Source of the DNA: Octopus sinensis
Taxonomy: Eukaryota
Direction of reading: 5' to 3'
DNA length: 64,000 nucleotides
NCBI RefSeq assembly: GCF_006345805.1
Contig: NC_043010.1
Coordinates: 39,494,001-39,558,000 of the forward strand
The notes under the pieces: generated by a model
Seen by the model: the letters and a program-made list of their open reading frames with translations, nothing else
What the model was told of the DNA's origin: nothing
Databases searched by the model: none
Position numbers and translations under genes: made by a program
Part shown: piece after piece, positions 1-13,571 of the stretch
Position numbering within the stretch: position 1 is the first letter of the stretch
How the letters are laid out: every line of letters starts with the position of its first letter

Positions 1-929
1 TTGAATAAAGGTAGTTCTTAAAGGTTTCTGTTTAAAGATGTGCTAATTAACCTATAGCTGGGGTCCTGAGGTACTACGAATCAGTGTCTTAGTAGCCCTG
101 GAAAATGTGACTACGAGGTAATTCTCAACTTCTCAAAACCATTAGACTCCCGAACCGTGGCTCCGGCACTGGATGCAATTTAAACTCAATCTCTGATGAT
201 TTGCTGATCAGCCCGAAACAACAAAACTAATTCGTTTTTGATTTGAATTGCTGTTAGAAGCTATCGGTCGCTAAACATGGAAGAAACGTCTTGGTGACCG
301 AGTTGTGTTTTCATCCAGAAATTCCCATAGCCGGAAAAGACACGGTAAAACATTCAACCCGACGCTCGAAGAATTCTACCGACCCACACGGTTATACATA
401 ACTTTTATTTAACCTGGTCACTGAGAAAAGCGAATGGGAAAATCAATCGCGTGGCATGCTTTGGAACTCCGAGATAGTAGTGTTGAGCTTACAATGTGTG
501 CATATAAAATACAAGCAGTTGCAGTAGAATTCCTCCGAAAGATTTCTAGAGTAATGTTATTTGACAGAGTGCGTAGCTAGGAGATCAGGAAGTCTTTGCA
601 CGTCAAATCGCTCTTTCATCGCATTGAGAGATCACTGCTCTTATATTATGGGTATGTTATTAGGATGTGGCAGGAAAGTATCACAAGGCGGAACCTTAAA
701 GCCGATTCAACCGTCAGAGGACGTAGGAATAGACTAAGAACAAGGTGATTGTATGTTAACGATAGTCTGAGTTGATAACGATTGCTTCTGACAGAAACGT
801 ACGGAGGGCGTGCCTGAGGACTGTAACATGCGCCTTTCGCAAGAAGAGAAGGCGGGAAAGGTGGATAAACAGGATATTTTTGCGAGTGAAGACATAGCAG
901 AAAAGGACTGGATATAGCAGATAGAGTAG

Positions 930-1090
930 TTTGGAAAACAGAGAAGGACATTCTTGGAGGGTGTAAGTTTTGAGGCGGGAGATATAAACGAGATGGAATT
1001 AGCAGGTTATGACGGAAAGAATGTCACAATCAGGAAATCGACAACAACAGAATGTCCGTGTGATTATTCACATATTCGCCTATGCATATG
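930..1090 (+). repeat. Old dispersed repeat, unclassified; diverged inverted copy at about 3690-3870
   Basis: gagggtgtaagttttgaggcgggagatataaacgagat...atgtcacaatcaggaaatcgacaacaacagaatgtccgtgtgattattcacat aligns by eye with the reverse complement of 3690-3870. The track ORFs show the same similarity (MSQSGNRQQQNVRVIIHI vs MSQQGKRKQQHVHVISHI). Confidence 0.6.
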
Positions 1091-1239
1091 AAAGGGAATA
1101 TTACATCTACATACACAGCATACAAATATCCACACAAGCACGCACACACACACACGCGCGCATACGCACATTATACAATATAGGCACAGTTGTCATGCAC
1201 GAAACTCTCTGGCTCAGAGACACTTTGTAATTTAGGTAC

Positions 1240-1860
1240 ATTACAATAACAGTTTTCGGTACAGGCCTAGCAGTTTTTTTAGGAAAGGGGGAAATCAATT
1301 TCATCGATCCAAATATTTAGTTGGTACTTATTTTATCATCCCTGAATTTATGAAAGGTGAAGTGGACCTCGGCGATATTTGAATTCAGAACGTAAAGAGA
1401 GACAAAATGCTGCTAAGGATTCTGCCATCTCTCCACCTTACTTCAGATTAAAATAATGGCTTAAAATTTTCGAACACAGCCAACAGATTCGTAGGAGGGG
1501 GCTAAGCTAATTGCACCAACACCAGTGCTGAGACGGTGGCAGAAACGTTAGCACGCGGGCAAAATGCGTAGCCGTATTTCGTCTGCCGTTACGTTTTGAG
1601 TTCAAATTCCGCCGAGGTCGACTTTGCCTTTCATCCTTTCGGAGTCGATTATATAAGTACCAGTTACGCACTGGGGTCGATATAATCGACTTAATCCGTT
1701 TTTCTGTCCTTGTTTGTCCCTTCTGTGTTTAGCCCCTTGTGGGTAGTAAAGAACTTATTTTATTGATCCTAAAAGGATGAAAGACAAAGTCGACCGCGCC
1801 AGTACTTGAACACAGAACGTTGAATCAGACGAGATGCAGCGAAACATTTTGCCAGGTTTT
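1240..1860. mobile_element. Cluster of MetaSINE-type tRNA-derived SINEs (minus copy about 1240-1440; plus copy about 1535-1752 nested in another minus copy)
   Basis: Family consensus ggcagaaacgttagcacg...gagttcaaattccgccgaggtcgactttgcctttcatcctttcggggtcgat...aagtaccag: B-box-like GAGTTCAAAT followed by a Meta-domain-like core. Recurs more than ten times in the window. Confidence 0.8.
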
Positions 1861-3039
1861 CGTCATATTAAGGATTAAAAGAATAAAATATATTTACAGG
1901 GAAACTGCAAGCGGTGTACGTCATTGCCAGGCTGACAGTTTGCGCAAAAGAATTTTTGGAAACCAATTAATTAATTAAGAATGTGTTATTTGATATTAAA
2001 TAGGACGTGAAATATAACTATTACAAATATTTTATTTGTATCGTGTAATAACAATATCTTTTTAGATTCTTCATTTTGCATCAAGAATTGTATGCAGTAA
2101 ATACAGAAACGAAGCGGGTGAATATGCGTATGTACTGTGTGGCTGCGTAGTTGTGGATGTATGTGTGTATGTGTTTTCGCGCATGCAAATGTGTCCAAGA
2201 GATATATGTGTGTGCGTGTGCGTGTGTGTGTGTGTGTGTGAAAGAAGCATACGTATATGATGTTTCCATAGCAGCTGTATGATTTCAATCATTCATATGT
2301 ATATGTGTGTATATAAGGAATATAATACAGTGAAAACTGCCTCACGTAGGTTGCTGACCTGACCAAAAGAAGAAATCTTTCGTTGCCTTAAACTGAACAA
2401 TATCCATCAATTTCATTTCAATTGTAACCTTCTCCACCACTTCGTTTTCCTTCTCACTTATTCCTAAATTCTTTCTTTTCCTCGTTAGTTATTTCAGTTG
2501 TTTTTGCTTTACTGACCGATTCCTTCTGCCGAATGCACAACTAATTCACTGCCATTACCTGTCATTTTTCATTGTGTCCATGCACTTATGCACTACGGCA
2601 CTAAGACAAGAAACAAAAAAAAATTCTCGCGTGAAGTTAAGAGGTTGTATTGTAGGAAATGTTCACTTCGCCAATAAAAACGATTTTTATCAACGTAGAC
2701 CAATATAACTCTTTCTTCATTCGGTTTTCTTAAAACGGTTTTCCTTTTTTTATTTCTTTGTTTCACAAGTACAGTAGTAGATAAATGGAACTTGCAGAAA
2801 ATTCATTGTGGTCCATACGTGGGTTTAACTCTCTACGGGAGAAATAAAAAAAGAAGAAAAAAAACGTATATTTCAGAAATAGTAACTTTGGAAGTGCGCT
2901 ACAAGTTAAGTGTTTTAACGGAAGGTGAGGTGGGGGTAGCGAAAATTAATTTTAGGTAAAAGCCGGAAAAATTTTTTGCTTCCTTTTCTTAGCAGATTCC
3001 CAACAGCAGACAATATATATCCATACACTTTTGAGATAA

Positions 3040-3475
3040 GTACGTCTGTAAGACGACGTGCTGGGAAGGTCGATAAGACGCCGGGTAAAATGCTTAAAGG
3101 CCTTTCGTCCGCCTTCACGTTCTGTGTTCAAATTTCACCGTGGTCGACTTTGCACTTCATCCTTGTAGGGTCTGATAAAATAAGTAGCAGTTTAACACTA
3201 GGCTCTTATGGACTTACCCCCATCCCATGAAATTGCTAGCCTTGTAACAAAACGCTAAACCAGCATATACGACTATATATGGCGGCGTGTTGGCAGAAAC
3301 ATTAGGACGCCGAAAAAAGTCTTGGCAGCATTTCGTCCCTCTTTACGTTGCGGTTCGACTTTGCCTTTCCTCTCTTTAGAATTCGATGAAATAAGTACCA
3401 GCTGAGTACTTGGGTCGATCTAATCTAATTAACCATGTTCTGAAATTGCAGTCCTCGTTCCAAAATTTGAAACTA
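3040..3475 (+). mobile_element. Two adjacent decayed MetaSINE-type copies
   Basis: gttcaaatttcaccgtggtcgactttgcacttcatcc at about 3126 and ggcggcgtgttggcagaaac...cgactttgcctttc...aagtaccag at about 3281-3400. Confidence 0.7.
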
Positions 3476-4259
3476 ATATGTAAGTCTGTATATACGAATA
3501 TTAGGCGTATCATACGAACACACACGCACGCGCAGTAGATAGAACCCAATATAGTTGTACAAAGCGTTTTAAAAAGCGTTTTAAAATCTACAGTTTCGGG
3601 CATGACCTTAATCGAAATGCCTATGCTGTGCGTGTTTGATCGTGAGTATAATTTTTTTGCATCTGTGATTATCCCATCCCCATGGGCATGCACATGCGTG
3701 TATATGACTAATCACATGAACATGTTGCTGTTTTCGCTTACCTTGCTGTGACATGATGGAAATATTTCTAATGGAAATATTTCCTATTCCTCTTGCCATT
3801 ATAAGGCATTCAATCTCGTACATATCTTCCGCCTTCAGATTGACACCTTCTAAGCATTTCTCTCTCTTTCTCACAAGTAAGATTTAGTTCCATGCATGAA
3901 CAAAAGTTATTTACATGTTATATCCCGTCGTTCTGTTCTATGTCAAGACTCGCTAAAATAAGCTCGAAATATTCACGTCTCTCGGTAAGCAATTTTTACG
4001 AAAACACTCGAAAACCTCCCCTGCAAGTATATGAACTCGGAAAAATTTACACGTAAATTTTATACAATCACACAAATACATATATGCAATATGCACACAC
4101 ACACACACACACACACACAGATATGCATATAAATATGTATATTCACATAAATATGTTCACACAGATGTGCGTATATACATATGTATATATATATACATAT
4201 ATATAAAATATATACATACAAAATTAGATACGTACATATATACAAGAGTATATGTACAT

Positions 4260-4378
4260 ATCTAATATCGTATGTATATATTTTATTAATTTGCTTGTAC
4301 GGCTAATAATTCGCTTACCACTTGTGATAGTATTTTAATAATACCATCCCTATATATATATATATATATTATATATAT

Positions 4379-4436
<58 letters not shown>

Positions 4437-4571
4437 TATACATACAATGTTAGATATGTACATATACATGTATACATTTACATATCTAATATTGTAAGTA
4501 TATATTTTATTAATTTGCCTGTACGGCTAATAATTCGCTTACCACTTGTGATGGTATTTTAATAATACCGT

Positions 4572-4633
<62 letters not shown>

Positions 4634-4756
4634 TATACATACAATATTAGATATGTAGATATCTCATATTGTATGTATATATTTTATTAATTTGCCTGTA
4701 CGGCTAATAATTCGCTTACCACTTGTGATGGTATTTTAATAATACCGTCCCTATAT

Positions 4757-4790
<34 letters not shown>

Positions 4791-4920
4791 ATATATATAT
4801 ATATGTACATATACATGTATACATTTACATATCTAATATTGTAAGTATATATTTTATTAATTTGCCTGTACGGCTAATAATTCGCTTACCACTTGTGATG
4901 GTATTTTAATAATACCGTCC

Positions 4921-4921
<1 letters not shown>
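4260..4921. repeat. Four tandem copies of a roughly 90-bp cassette separated by (TA)n tracts
   Basis: tattttattaatttgcctgtacggctaataattcgcttaccacttgtgatggtattttaataataccgtcc in units starting near 4260, 4483, 4660 and 4831. Confidence 0.9.
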
Positions 4922-4963
<42 letters not shown>

Positions 4964-5589
4964 GCGTATATGTATGCGCACACAACTACAAGTTCTGTTG
5001 GAAACTTTACAAGAATTTATATTTAACACGTATATATTGGATGGTCCCCAGGTGCATTTAAATTAATGTGCAGTTGAATGCCTGTGATTATGAACGCTTA
5101 GAATTTGCAACTGAATTAATAAACGAAGATTTTGGCAGGCATACGTTTAGATTCAGGCAGCGCATCATACTAATTCCACTTAGGGTCTTGTATATGAAAA
5201 TTTACGCTACACGATTTTCAGAACGCACTAAATTAGTAATTATATTTAAGAGATGCACATTTCACTAAGTACTATGTAAGAACATATTTTTTTTCCCTGC
5301 GTAGTTCATAACGTCGCAAATTAGTTAAATTGGTATATTAATCAGCGATGTCCCTGTAAATGAATTTATGAAATTTTCTGTGGCTTTAATAATATTTGAG
5401 TAATATAGATAATAGAGGAATACAGAACGACCAAAATCGTGCCCAGATTTTGTTCTCAGTAATTGATTTGTACTTTTAGTGAAGCAAAGTTTTACTTCAG
5501 TTACAGAATCTGGAGCGTTACGTTAGTTTTAAGGCGATAAATGTAGAAATGATCAAGTGAAATGACATTTTTATAATATAATAGTACAT

Positions 5590-5895
5590 GTTGGCACAAG
5601 GCTAGCGATTTTCGGAGAAGCAGGTAAATCAATTACATTGACACCTATGCTCAATGGTAGGTATTTTATAAACTCCGAAATAATGAACGGCAAAGTAAAC
5701 CTCGGTGGAATTTGAAATCAGAATGTAGAAACAAACGACATGCCGCTATGCGTTAGGTCCGGCGTACGAACCATTAGACCTTGATCATAATAAACACAAT
5801 GTCTGCCCGGTGAAATTTGAACTCACAACATAAAGACGGAGGAAATGCCGCTATGTATTTGATCCGAATTGCTAACGATTCTGCCAGCTCTCGGT
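5590..5895 (-). mobile_element. Decayed MetaSINE-type copies
   Basis: ggcaaagtaaacctcggtggaatttgaaatcagaatgt and gaaatttgaactcacaac...gctaacgattctgccagctc match the reverse complement of the family consensus. Confidence 0.65.
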
Positions 5896-5916
5896 TTTCT
5901 GATAACATTACAATAT

Positions 5917-5981
<65 letters not shown>

Positions 5982-5994
5982 CAATAATAATAAT

Positions 5995-6345
5995 CAGACA
6001 GTGGCTCTCATGGCTCCTGAGCTTAAATGATTGCAAGTGTTATCATGTACATTGTTTTGTCTTGATATAAAAGACGGGCTGGAGCAAATATTGCGCTCGA
6101 TACCACAGATTTGCTTGTCATTTGCTTGACCTTTACCAGTTGACCATGTCCCTTAGTATCTGGCGATATGTGCATTTCTGACCACGAGCAGAAGTAGTGG
6201 TGGAGCATCATAGCCGTGTGTTGAAAGGAATTCTTAGAGGTTTGGATAATTCACCTTTAGAAACATGGGTAGTTCGTTCAACATCCTTAAATAACCCTTA
6301 TTCAAGGACCTTTTGAGTAGGATGGGTTACTCGATCAGAAGGAAA
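5995..6345. mobile_element. Roughly 350-bp non-coding insert between two (TAA)n tracts; probable short non-autonomous retroelement
   Basis: Complex sequence bounded sharply by (TAA)n at 5919-5994 and 6345-6436; no convincing ORF. The classification is inference. Confidence 0.4.
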
Positions 6346-6392
6346 TAATAATAATAATAACAATAATAATAATGATGATAATAATAATAATA

Positions 6393-6436
<44 letters not shown>

Positions 6437-6649
6437 TCTTTTCTTTACTACCCACAAGGGGACAAACAAGGACAGACAAAGTCGATTATATCGACTCCAG
6501 TGCGTAACTGGCATTTATTTATTCGACCCCGAAAGGAAGAAAGGCAAAGTCGACCTAAGAGGAATTTGAACTCAGAACGTAGCGGCATACGAAATACCCC
6601 TGAGCAGTTCGTCCGGCGCGCTAACGATTCTGCCCGATCACTGCCTTAC
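6437..6649 (-). mobile_element. MetaSINE-type SINE
   Basis: ttctttactacccacaagggg...cgacccCGAAAGGaagaaaggcaaagtcgacc...gaatttgaactcagaacgt...gctaacgattctgcc. Confidence 0.8.
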
Positions 6650-7399
6650 TGTGCGAGTAGTGTAACAGAAAAGACGGATAGTAGCTGTGTGAGCGTTGTT
6701 CATTGCGTGTGCGTGTGTGTCTGTACGTTACTATGATATTGAATCTTATCTACTTTGTAAAATCCACCGGAGATACTATCAATAGTAACAAACGCTTCTG
6801 ATCTGATACGCTGATATTATGCAACGAAGAAGATTACTCAGAAAGGAAGAAAGTAAGTTTTATAGCAATCTAGTGACAAGATAAAGAGAGAATAATCACA
6901 ATGGATTACATTTACTTTGAGAAATGAAAGAATACATCATGAAACTCTGATTAGATGTTTAATATAAAATTGTTATATAATAGATGTATAAATTAATTTA
7001 TTGGAATGATAGGACACAGAAAGAAAAATCAATAACTTTAACAGGATTGTAAAGAATAAAACACAGCAGAAAGATATGATTCCTATTCATTTTATTATTT
7101 TCAATCGTTTTATGGCCTCGGCTGCGGCCATTACTTGCAGTTCCATTCAACTGCGAACGCAACCTAGTTATTTGGAAAATAGTTTATACATTTGTAAAAC
7201 CCCGACATATTTATCTGTATGTATGCACGCACACACACACACACAGAGTCAAATGCACACACACACATGTACACAAACGCACACACGTACACACACATAT
7301 ACATATATATGCATACATATATACTTGCAGACGTACATATAGTAAATGTAATCACGTTATCAGCTAGACTATTTATTGGATGTTGTTATACATGACTGG

Positions 7400-7622
7400 T
7401 CGCAATCTGCTTCGCATCGTTTTAGGTTTAGAATTATTCCACGCCGCCGCTCCTCTCGAAGACTTGTTCGCGCAGTGCTTGCTATTTAAAGCTGAATGAA
7501 GTGGTACAACGTGAAATTAAATGTTTTGCTCAAGAACACAATGCACTTCCCGGTCGAGGAACTAAATCTACAATCTAGCGATCGTGAGTGAACCATCCTG
7601 AGCATTAGGTCATGCGCCCTCA
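7400..7622 (-). mobile_element. Old tRNA-derived SINE with a CORE-like segment (related copies at about 18500-18980, 31545-31770, 46840-47130)
   Basis: caacgtgaaattaaatgttttgctcaagaacacaatgc...cccggtcgaggaactaaatctacaatctagcgatcgtgag recurs in degenerate form at the other positions. Confidence 0.6.
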
Positions 7623-7735
7623 CTATACAAGTACAAACACACGTATATATATTTGTGTGTGCGTGTTCGTGTGTGTGTGCGTCTGTGTGTGTTGTGTGTG
7701 TGTATCTGTGTGTATGATTGTATGTATGTATATAT

Positions 7736-8040
7736 GGAGGCGTAATGACCCAGTGGTTAGGGCAGCGGACTCGCGGTCGTAGGATCGCGGTTTCGATTCC
7801 CAGACCGGGCGTTGTGAGTGTTTATTGAGTCAAATAATCTACAGCTGCACGAGGCTCCGGCAGGGGTGGTAGCGATCCCTGCTGTACTCATTCGCCACAA
7901 CATTCTCTCACCCTTTCTTCTGTTGGCCTGCTCGCTTAGCCAGCGTGGTGGCGTTATTTGAAGGCTAAAACAATGCGATGCGCATTGTGACCAGCGATGT
8001 GTCGCAACATCTGATAGCCTGGTCTGTTATGGCGGTTACG
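7736..8040 (+). mobile_element. tRNA-derived SINE (octopus OR-like head)
   Basis: Head ggaggcgtaatgacccagtggttagggcagcggactcgcggtc...ggtttcgattcccagaccgggc has A and B boxes. The same head is at 33143 (+), about 22150-22220 (-), 17165 and 17567 (-). The tail recurs at about 53806-53917. Confidence 0.85.
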
Positions 8041-8342
8041 GTGGATGTATATATGAGCTGTATTGGTATCCCGAAGACCGAAGATGGCAGGCAAAGCTAT
8101 GTAAGTGCTACGGGTGAGCCGTAGTTAGCCTCTCGGTTCAAAAGTAATACGAGTGCAGCGTCTGCTTCAAGTCTCGTGTGAGCATGTACGTTAAATAAAA
8201 TGAGACAACAAAGTTAAGGCAGTCTGGAATTTATAAGGTATTTATAAAGAGGGAGGCAGTCTTACAGCTGTTTCTGGGATATATATATATATATATAATA
8301 TATATATATATATATTATATATATATATATATATTATATATA

Positions 8343-10320
8343 TACAATGAAATTATAGTAATTTCGCATTTTCTTAAGAGTTTAGTATAGGGGTTTGTGA
8401 ATAAAATGAATAAACATGTAGACAAATCCAAGGGGAGGTAACTGATGATTGTTATTATTCGGGACAGGTGGTAACTGCTCATTTTGGGGGCAGGGTGTAA
8501 ATAAATATACAAAAGCTCAAAGGCTAAAATAGAAGGCTTAAATATTCACCGTGATATGTATGTGAACATGAATTAAAATGGTCATGCGTTCATATTTAGG
8601 CGTGTTCTGTATTTTTCGATAAATAAATTTTCCTTATTTAAACATCCATTTGCATAAAGTTTTCTTTGCGCTGGTAGATAAGTAAAACTGTGAAGTCTGT
8701 GTGACATTATCTGCACATCTCTCTATGTGTTCACTCAAAGAGAGTTTCTGAAACGCATAAACCAGGTTTTTATTATTGAAACATAAAACTTTATACTTGA
8801 GAATAATGATTTCCTATTTGACGACACCTACTATCCTCAAAAATGCGGAATTACGATGGTAACGTAAGCAGCCCTCGTGCTTGCGAACTTGATAAGGGAA
8901 TTCACGATATATGAAGTGTCAATGCAAAAATATGGACATCCGTTTCACCATTGTATAAGAGGGAACTGGAAAATATACTCGAATGACTGCTTTATCATTT
9001 GGACGGACACCATTGATAAATTTTTGGAATTCAAATCAATACTAAATAATATAAAACCTAACATTCAGTTTAGAATAGAATATAGCAAAGAACAGTCCTC
9101 TTTCTTAGATATTATGGTAAAAACTTTTTTACAACCAAATTGTAATTGACATTCATCATAAGCCAACGGACTCGAATCAATATCTTCTATTTAGCGCATG
9201 CCACCTGAAACATACCAAATGGAATATCCCCTTTAATTGAGCAAAAAGGATTTGTACAATAGTGTCTGGTGGAAAACCTCGGAACGTCTGTCACCACGAC
9301 ATCAGAATAACACTAACTGAAAGACAATACCCACCCTCACTTATAGACGATGAAATTAAACGTGCTAACACACTATGCATAAAAACACTAAGGGAGACAC
9401 CTCAAAACAATACCATATATATCACAACCATATATATCAACGCACAACCCTGACATACAACACTGTTGCACAAAATCTACCCATGCTCACTAGTGATCCG
9501 AAAATGAACAACATTCTGAAAAGACATAAATTCATCAAATGCGAAAAGCAACACAGATCTGACAAAGGCGAACCATTACATTACAACCAGGAAACCAATG
9601 GTTAAAAAATGTGGACGTCCAAACTGTAGAACATGTCACGAACCACAGGAAGGCTCGAAAGGAGAGAGCTTCACAATTGAAACCAACTTCACTTGTGCCT
9701 TCGAAAATCTAATTTATGTTATAACTTGTTCAGGTTGTAGACATAACAATATAGGACAGACAAAAATGGTACATAGACGGACAACTACAGTACAGAAGGA
9801 ACGGATCTGTTTACCACAGTATAGACAGATTCCTTTTATTGACCAGGGAGATGTGCAAGTAACATCCAAACACACTTCCCAGTTTTCCCCATCTACCAAT
9901 TTCTGTAAAAGAACGTCTAAATAAAGAAAATTTATTTATCGAAAACTACAGAACACGCCAATATATAAACGCATAACCAACTTTGATCTCAGTATATATT
10001 TGAACTCATGTTCACATATACATCATTGTAAATATTTATCTCACTATTTTAGCCTTTGAGCTTTTGTATATTTATTTACCCCAACCCTAAAATTGAGTAA
10101 TTGCCTCCCCCGACTCGAATAATAATGATCACCAATTATCTTCCCTCAGATTTTTCTACTTATTGAATCATTTCATTCTCAATCCCCTATACACAGCGTG
10201 GACTAAAATCTTAACAAAATACGAAATTACAATAATTTCAATGTCTTGATTAGCGAAAGCGAAACCGGTCGACAAACACAATATATCATATATTAAAAAT
10301 ATATTAAAACTATGTAAACT
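8343..10320 (+). mobile_element. Decayed Penelope-like element (Neptune-type), 5'-truncated, with an inverted copy of its 3' end at 8343-8745
   Basis: Broken RT motifs (FILENNDFLFDDTYY..CGITM; WKIYSNDCFIIW for W.RYLDD) and a GIY-YIG endonuclease with a Cys motif (KKCGRPNCRTC...NFTCAFENLIYVITCSGC..NNIGQT, 9598-9924). 8343-8745 is the diverged reverse complement of about 9830-10242. Confidence 0.88.
10242..10274 (+). ncRNA. Minimal hammerhead ribozyme relic at the Penelope 3' end
   Basis: TGTC-[TTGATTA]-GC GAAA GC-[GAAA]-CCG-GTC-GACA: stem I TGTC/GACA, palindromic stem III ACCGGT, GUC site. The core has two changes from CTGATGA. Confidence 0.7.
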
Positions 10321-10349
10321 GTGTACATTTTCTTTCTTATATTACCCAT

Positions 10350-12370
10350 ATCAACATATACACAAACAAAAACGCAAGCCAATCTTCATGAAAATGGCAG
10401 AGCTGAACAAATTAAAGGATGATAAAACAATAACAATGAAAGTGGCCGATAAATGGAGTGCAGTTGTCTGAATGGACACGGTGTATTATATAGCTCTAGT
10501 ACTATCCATATTAGAAGAAACAACATACTATGAAAATGTCCAACACTACAGTCAGCAGAAAATATTGAAAAACTTACAACCTATACGGAGACAGCCACAG
10601 ACATAATAATCAAGATACCTACTCCTAATGACCTCCTATTCAGATATATAATAACAGGTCCCGCATGCAACAACCACAACCGCCTCAGAAACTTTCTAGA
10701 TACCATCTGAAAACCATTCCTTTAGCATATCAAAAGCTTAGATATTATCATTCACCTGAAACAATAAATAAAAACATTCTACTAGTATCCTTCGATCTAG
10801 TCAACCTCTATTATATTATCCACTACAGCCTAGGAATAGAGGCAATCCAATTCTGGCCAGAGAATTACTCCAACGAATTTCCACACCGCATCAAAGCAGA
10901 ATTCGTAATAGGTGTGCTAAAATTTATCTGGGAGAATAACTTCTTCGCCTTCAAAGACAACTTCTATCGACAAAATTCAAGTGACACTAACGCGGACGAC
11001 AATGGCCCCTCCATTGCTAACCTAATCTTGGGATAATTAGAAATCAGCCTTTATCATAAGGTAATAGAAAAATGCGACAACGCATTCTCGCTCTACATAG
11101 AAAAAAACCGCTAGAGGTATCTCGATGTCTGCTTCATTCTTTGGTATGAAAGTATAGATAGAATTAAAGAATTTAAAGCACCTCTAAATGGACTTGACAT
11201 AAACATTCAATTTACGTTGGAATATAACCATCAACTTCCATTCCTCCATATTCTCATTAAGAAATCAAACAACAAATTAGAAACAGACATACACTATACG
11301 CCCACGAACTCCAAGCTATATCTACCATTAAATTCATGCCACCCCAGATACACTAGAATGAATATCCGCTTCAACCCGGCAAAATTAATTTTACTAGAGT
11401 TTCTAATACAAGCACCAAGGACACACGACTATATAAACTTAAGGATACATTCATCAACAGCAAATACCTATCATCATAAATTCATATAGGCTATCAACGT
11501 TTCTTATAACTCAATATCCACGAACTCAGACATTCCAAACCAAAGAGGGATTTACAGCCAAAAGCCCTACAATACATCTCCATACACGAACAATGAAGCG
11601 TTCGATACCATCCTCCAGAACATTCTTATACTAGAAAGGGACCACAGAATGAATCTAGTCCTCCAAACGCACACCATCATAAAGGGCAAAAAACAACCCA
11701 AGTCAATGAAAAGTCTCCTAACACAAGCCAAAGTACACTCGCCAACAACATTGAAGCCTTCAGTAAAAAACACAGAAGACTTAACTATGGTATGTACGTC
11801 ATCCTAATTGAGGGATCGGAGTTCTCCTTGAAACAGGGTCAAAGTTTTACAGACAGAAACAACTTCATATGTCCTTCGGAAACCATAAAGTATGTATTAA
11901 CTTACTCAGGGCTTTGAGAGCAATACATAGGCGAAACCAAAAACAGACTACGACAAAATTCGGGAATACAGACAAAAGAAAACGAATTTAGTGAACACAT
12001 CGACATTTTCACCACTACCGAACAACCCAACTTCAGATTTTCTCCTCTATAAATTCAGGGACGATGCAACCTATAATCAGCGCATTAGCAAAGAGTCATA
12101 TTTTATCGCAAAATATAAACCCTTTTTGAATATATCCACCTCAAATGACACTACTACAAGGGCCTTAGGATAATACCCAGGCAAATATTTAAAATATAGT
12201 CACAACGCATGAATTTATTCAGAACAATTCCATTCACTTTTACTATAAGCACAACAGATCATTTAACCAATTAAGAAAACTTTACTAATAGCCTACTACT
12301 ATCATACCATTCCCGTATTTTCCTTATACTTTCTCTTCTTTTCCTACTACCAACTCGTCCTCTTCATCTT

Positions 12371-12403
<33 letters not shown>

Positions 12404-12750
12404 CTTCTTCTTCTTCTTCTTCTTTTTCTTCTTCCTTGCTTAAACAATCTAAATGCAGAACCCACATCCCTCATAAAAAGTATTTCTTGAGAGCTGCTAT
12501 TACCTGCCTACAAAAGTAAGAGAGAGAGAGAGGTAGAGAGAGAGACAGACAGACAGAGTAGAGGAAAATCTCCCACGTATTTGAAAACTATGGAAATATT
12601 TTTTAAAAAATTTATTTCATTTTTCCAGAATTTAATTGTTTTTCATGCATCACTCTAAGTTGAAAAAGTCGCCAAGACTGAAACCGCTACTAAAATGTTC
12701 TTCATGATAAAACTATTTTAGCATTTTCTCCCCTGTTCTATTTTCCTTAT
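10350..12750 (+). mobile_element. Second decayed Penelope-like element (RT, GIY-YIG remnant, 3' pseudo-LTR)
   Basis: NKNILLVSFDLVNLY (motif A), LKFIWENNFFAFKDNFYRQ, RYLDVCFILW, LPFLHILI..LETDIHYTPTNSKLYL..SCHP, and QYIGET near 11925; many stops and frameshifts. The 3' non-coding part (about 12180-12750) resembles about 62200-62770. Confidence 0.88.
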
Positions 12751-12780
12751 CTATCAATCCATCTATCTATCTATCTATCA

Positions 12781-12894
<114 letters not shown>

Positions 12895-13498
12895 TATATA
12901 TATATACATATAAGTTTGTATTTGCAAAATATCTCGTAACAATTTAGCGCTCCTAACTAGAAACATCAGTGTGCATCTCAAAATCCGTACGTACAAACAT
13001 TAAGCCCTGATCTTTTATGGTTCGAATATATATATTTCCAAATATGCGTGTAAGCTTATATTTTAATGTCCTAAATAGATTTAAGAAACAGATATTTACA
13101 AATAACAAACTGAAGCGTAGATAATGTTTTTGGTCCATTTCATTCGGGTTTTTGAAATATTGTTTTACACTTGAAGTAATGTTTTCTTATCAAATAAGAT
13201 TGGTTTCCATTCTCTTCCTTCCTCTCCATATTCTGTGATTGCGTACGTGTGCCTATGTATATGTTATGTGTGTATATATATAAATAGACATATGTGTGTG
13301 TGTGTGAGTCTATGTATGTGTATATTTATAGGTGTGAGTATTGGTCTTTTATGTGAAGATATTTGTTTAAATGTGCATATATATACATACATATAATATA
13401 TGCACAGAAACACACAGACTCAAAAATATATACATACATATATACATGCATATATTTACATACAAATATATATATACAGTAATATATATACATATATG

Positions 13499-13529
<31 letters not shown>

Positions 13530-13533
13530 CTAC

Positions 13534-13571
<38 letters not shown>

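Noticed and set aside
188-225. Hammerhead-like CTGATGA...GCTGATCAGC..GAAAC
   Set aside because: Core boxes are present, but I could not find stem I, stem III or a cleavage triplet.
4260-4921. CRISPR-like repeat-spacer array
   Set aside because: Repeats are about 90 bp, spacers are microsatellite, the context is eukaryotic and there are no cas genes.
7736-7810. tRNA gene (also 33143-33215 and 22150-22220)
   Set aside because: tRNA-like A and B boxes run straight into SINE bodies, with a TSD at 33143 and no clean cloverleaf. These are SINE heads.
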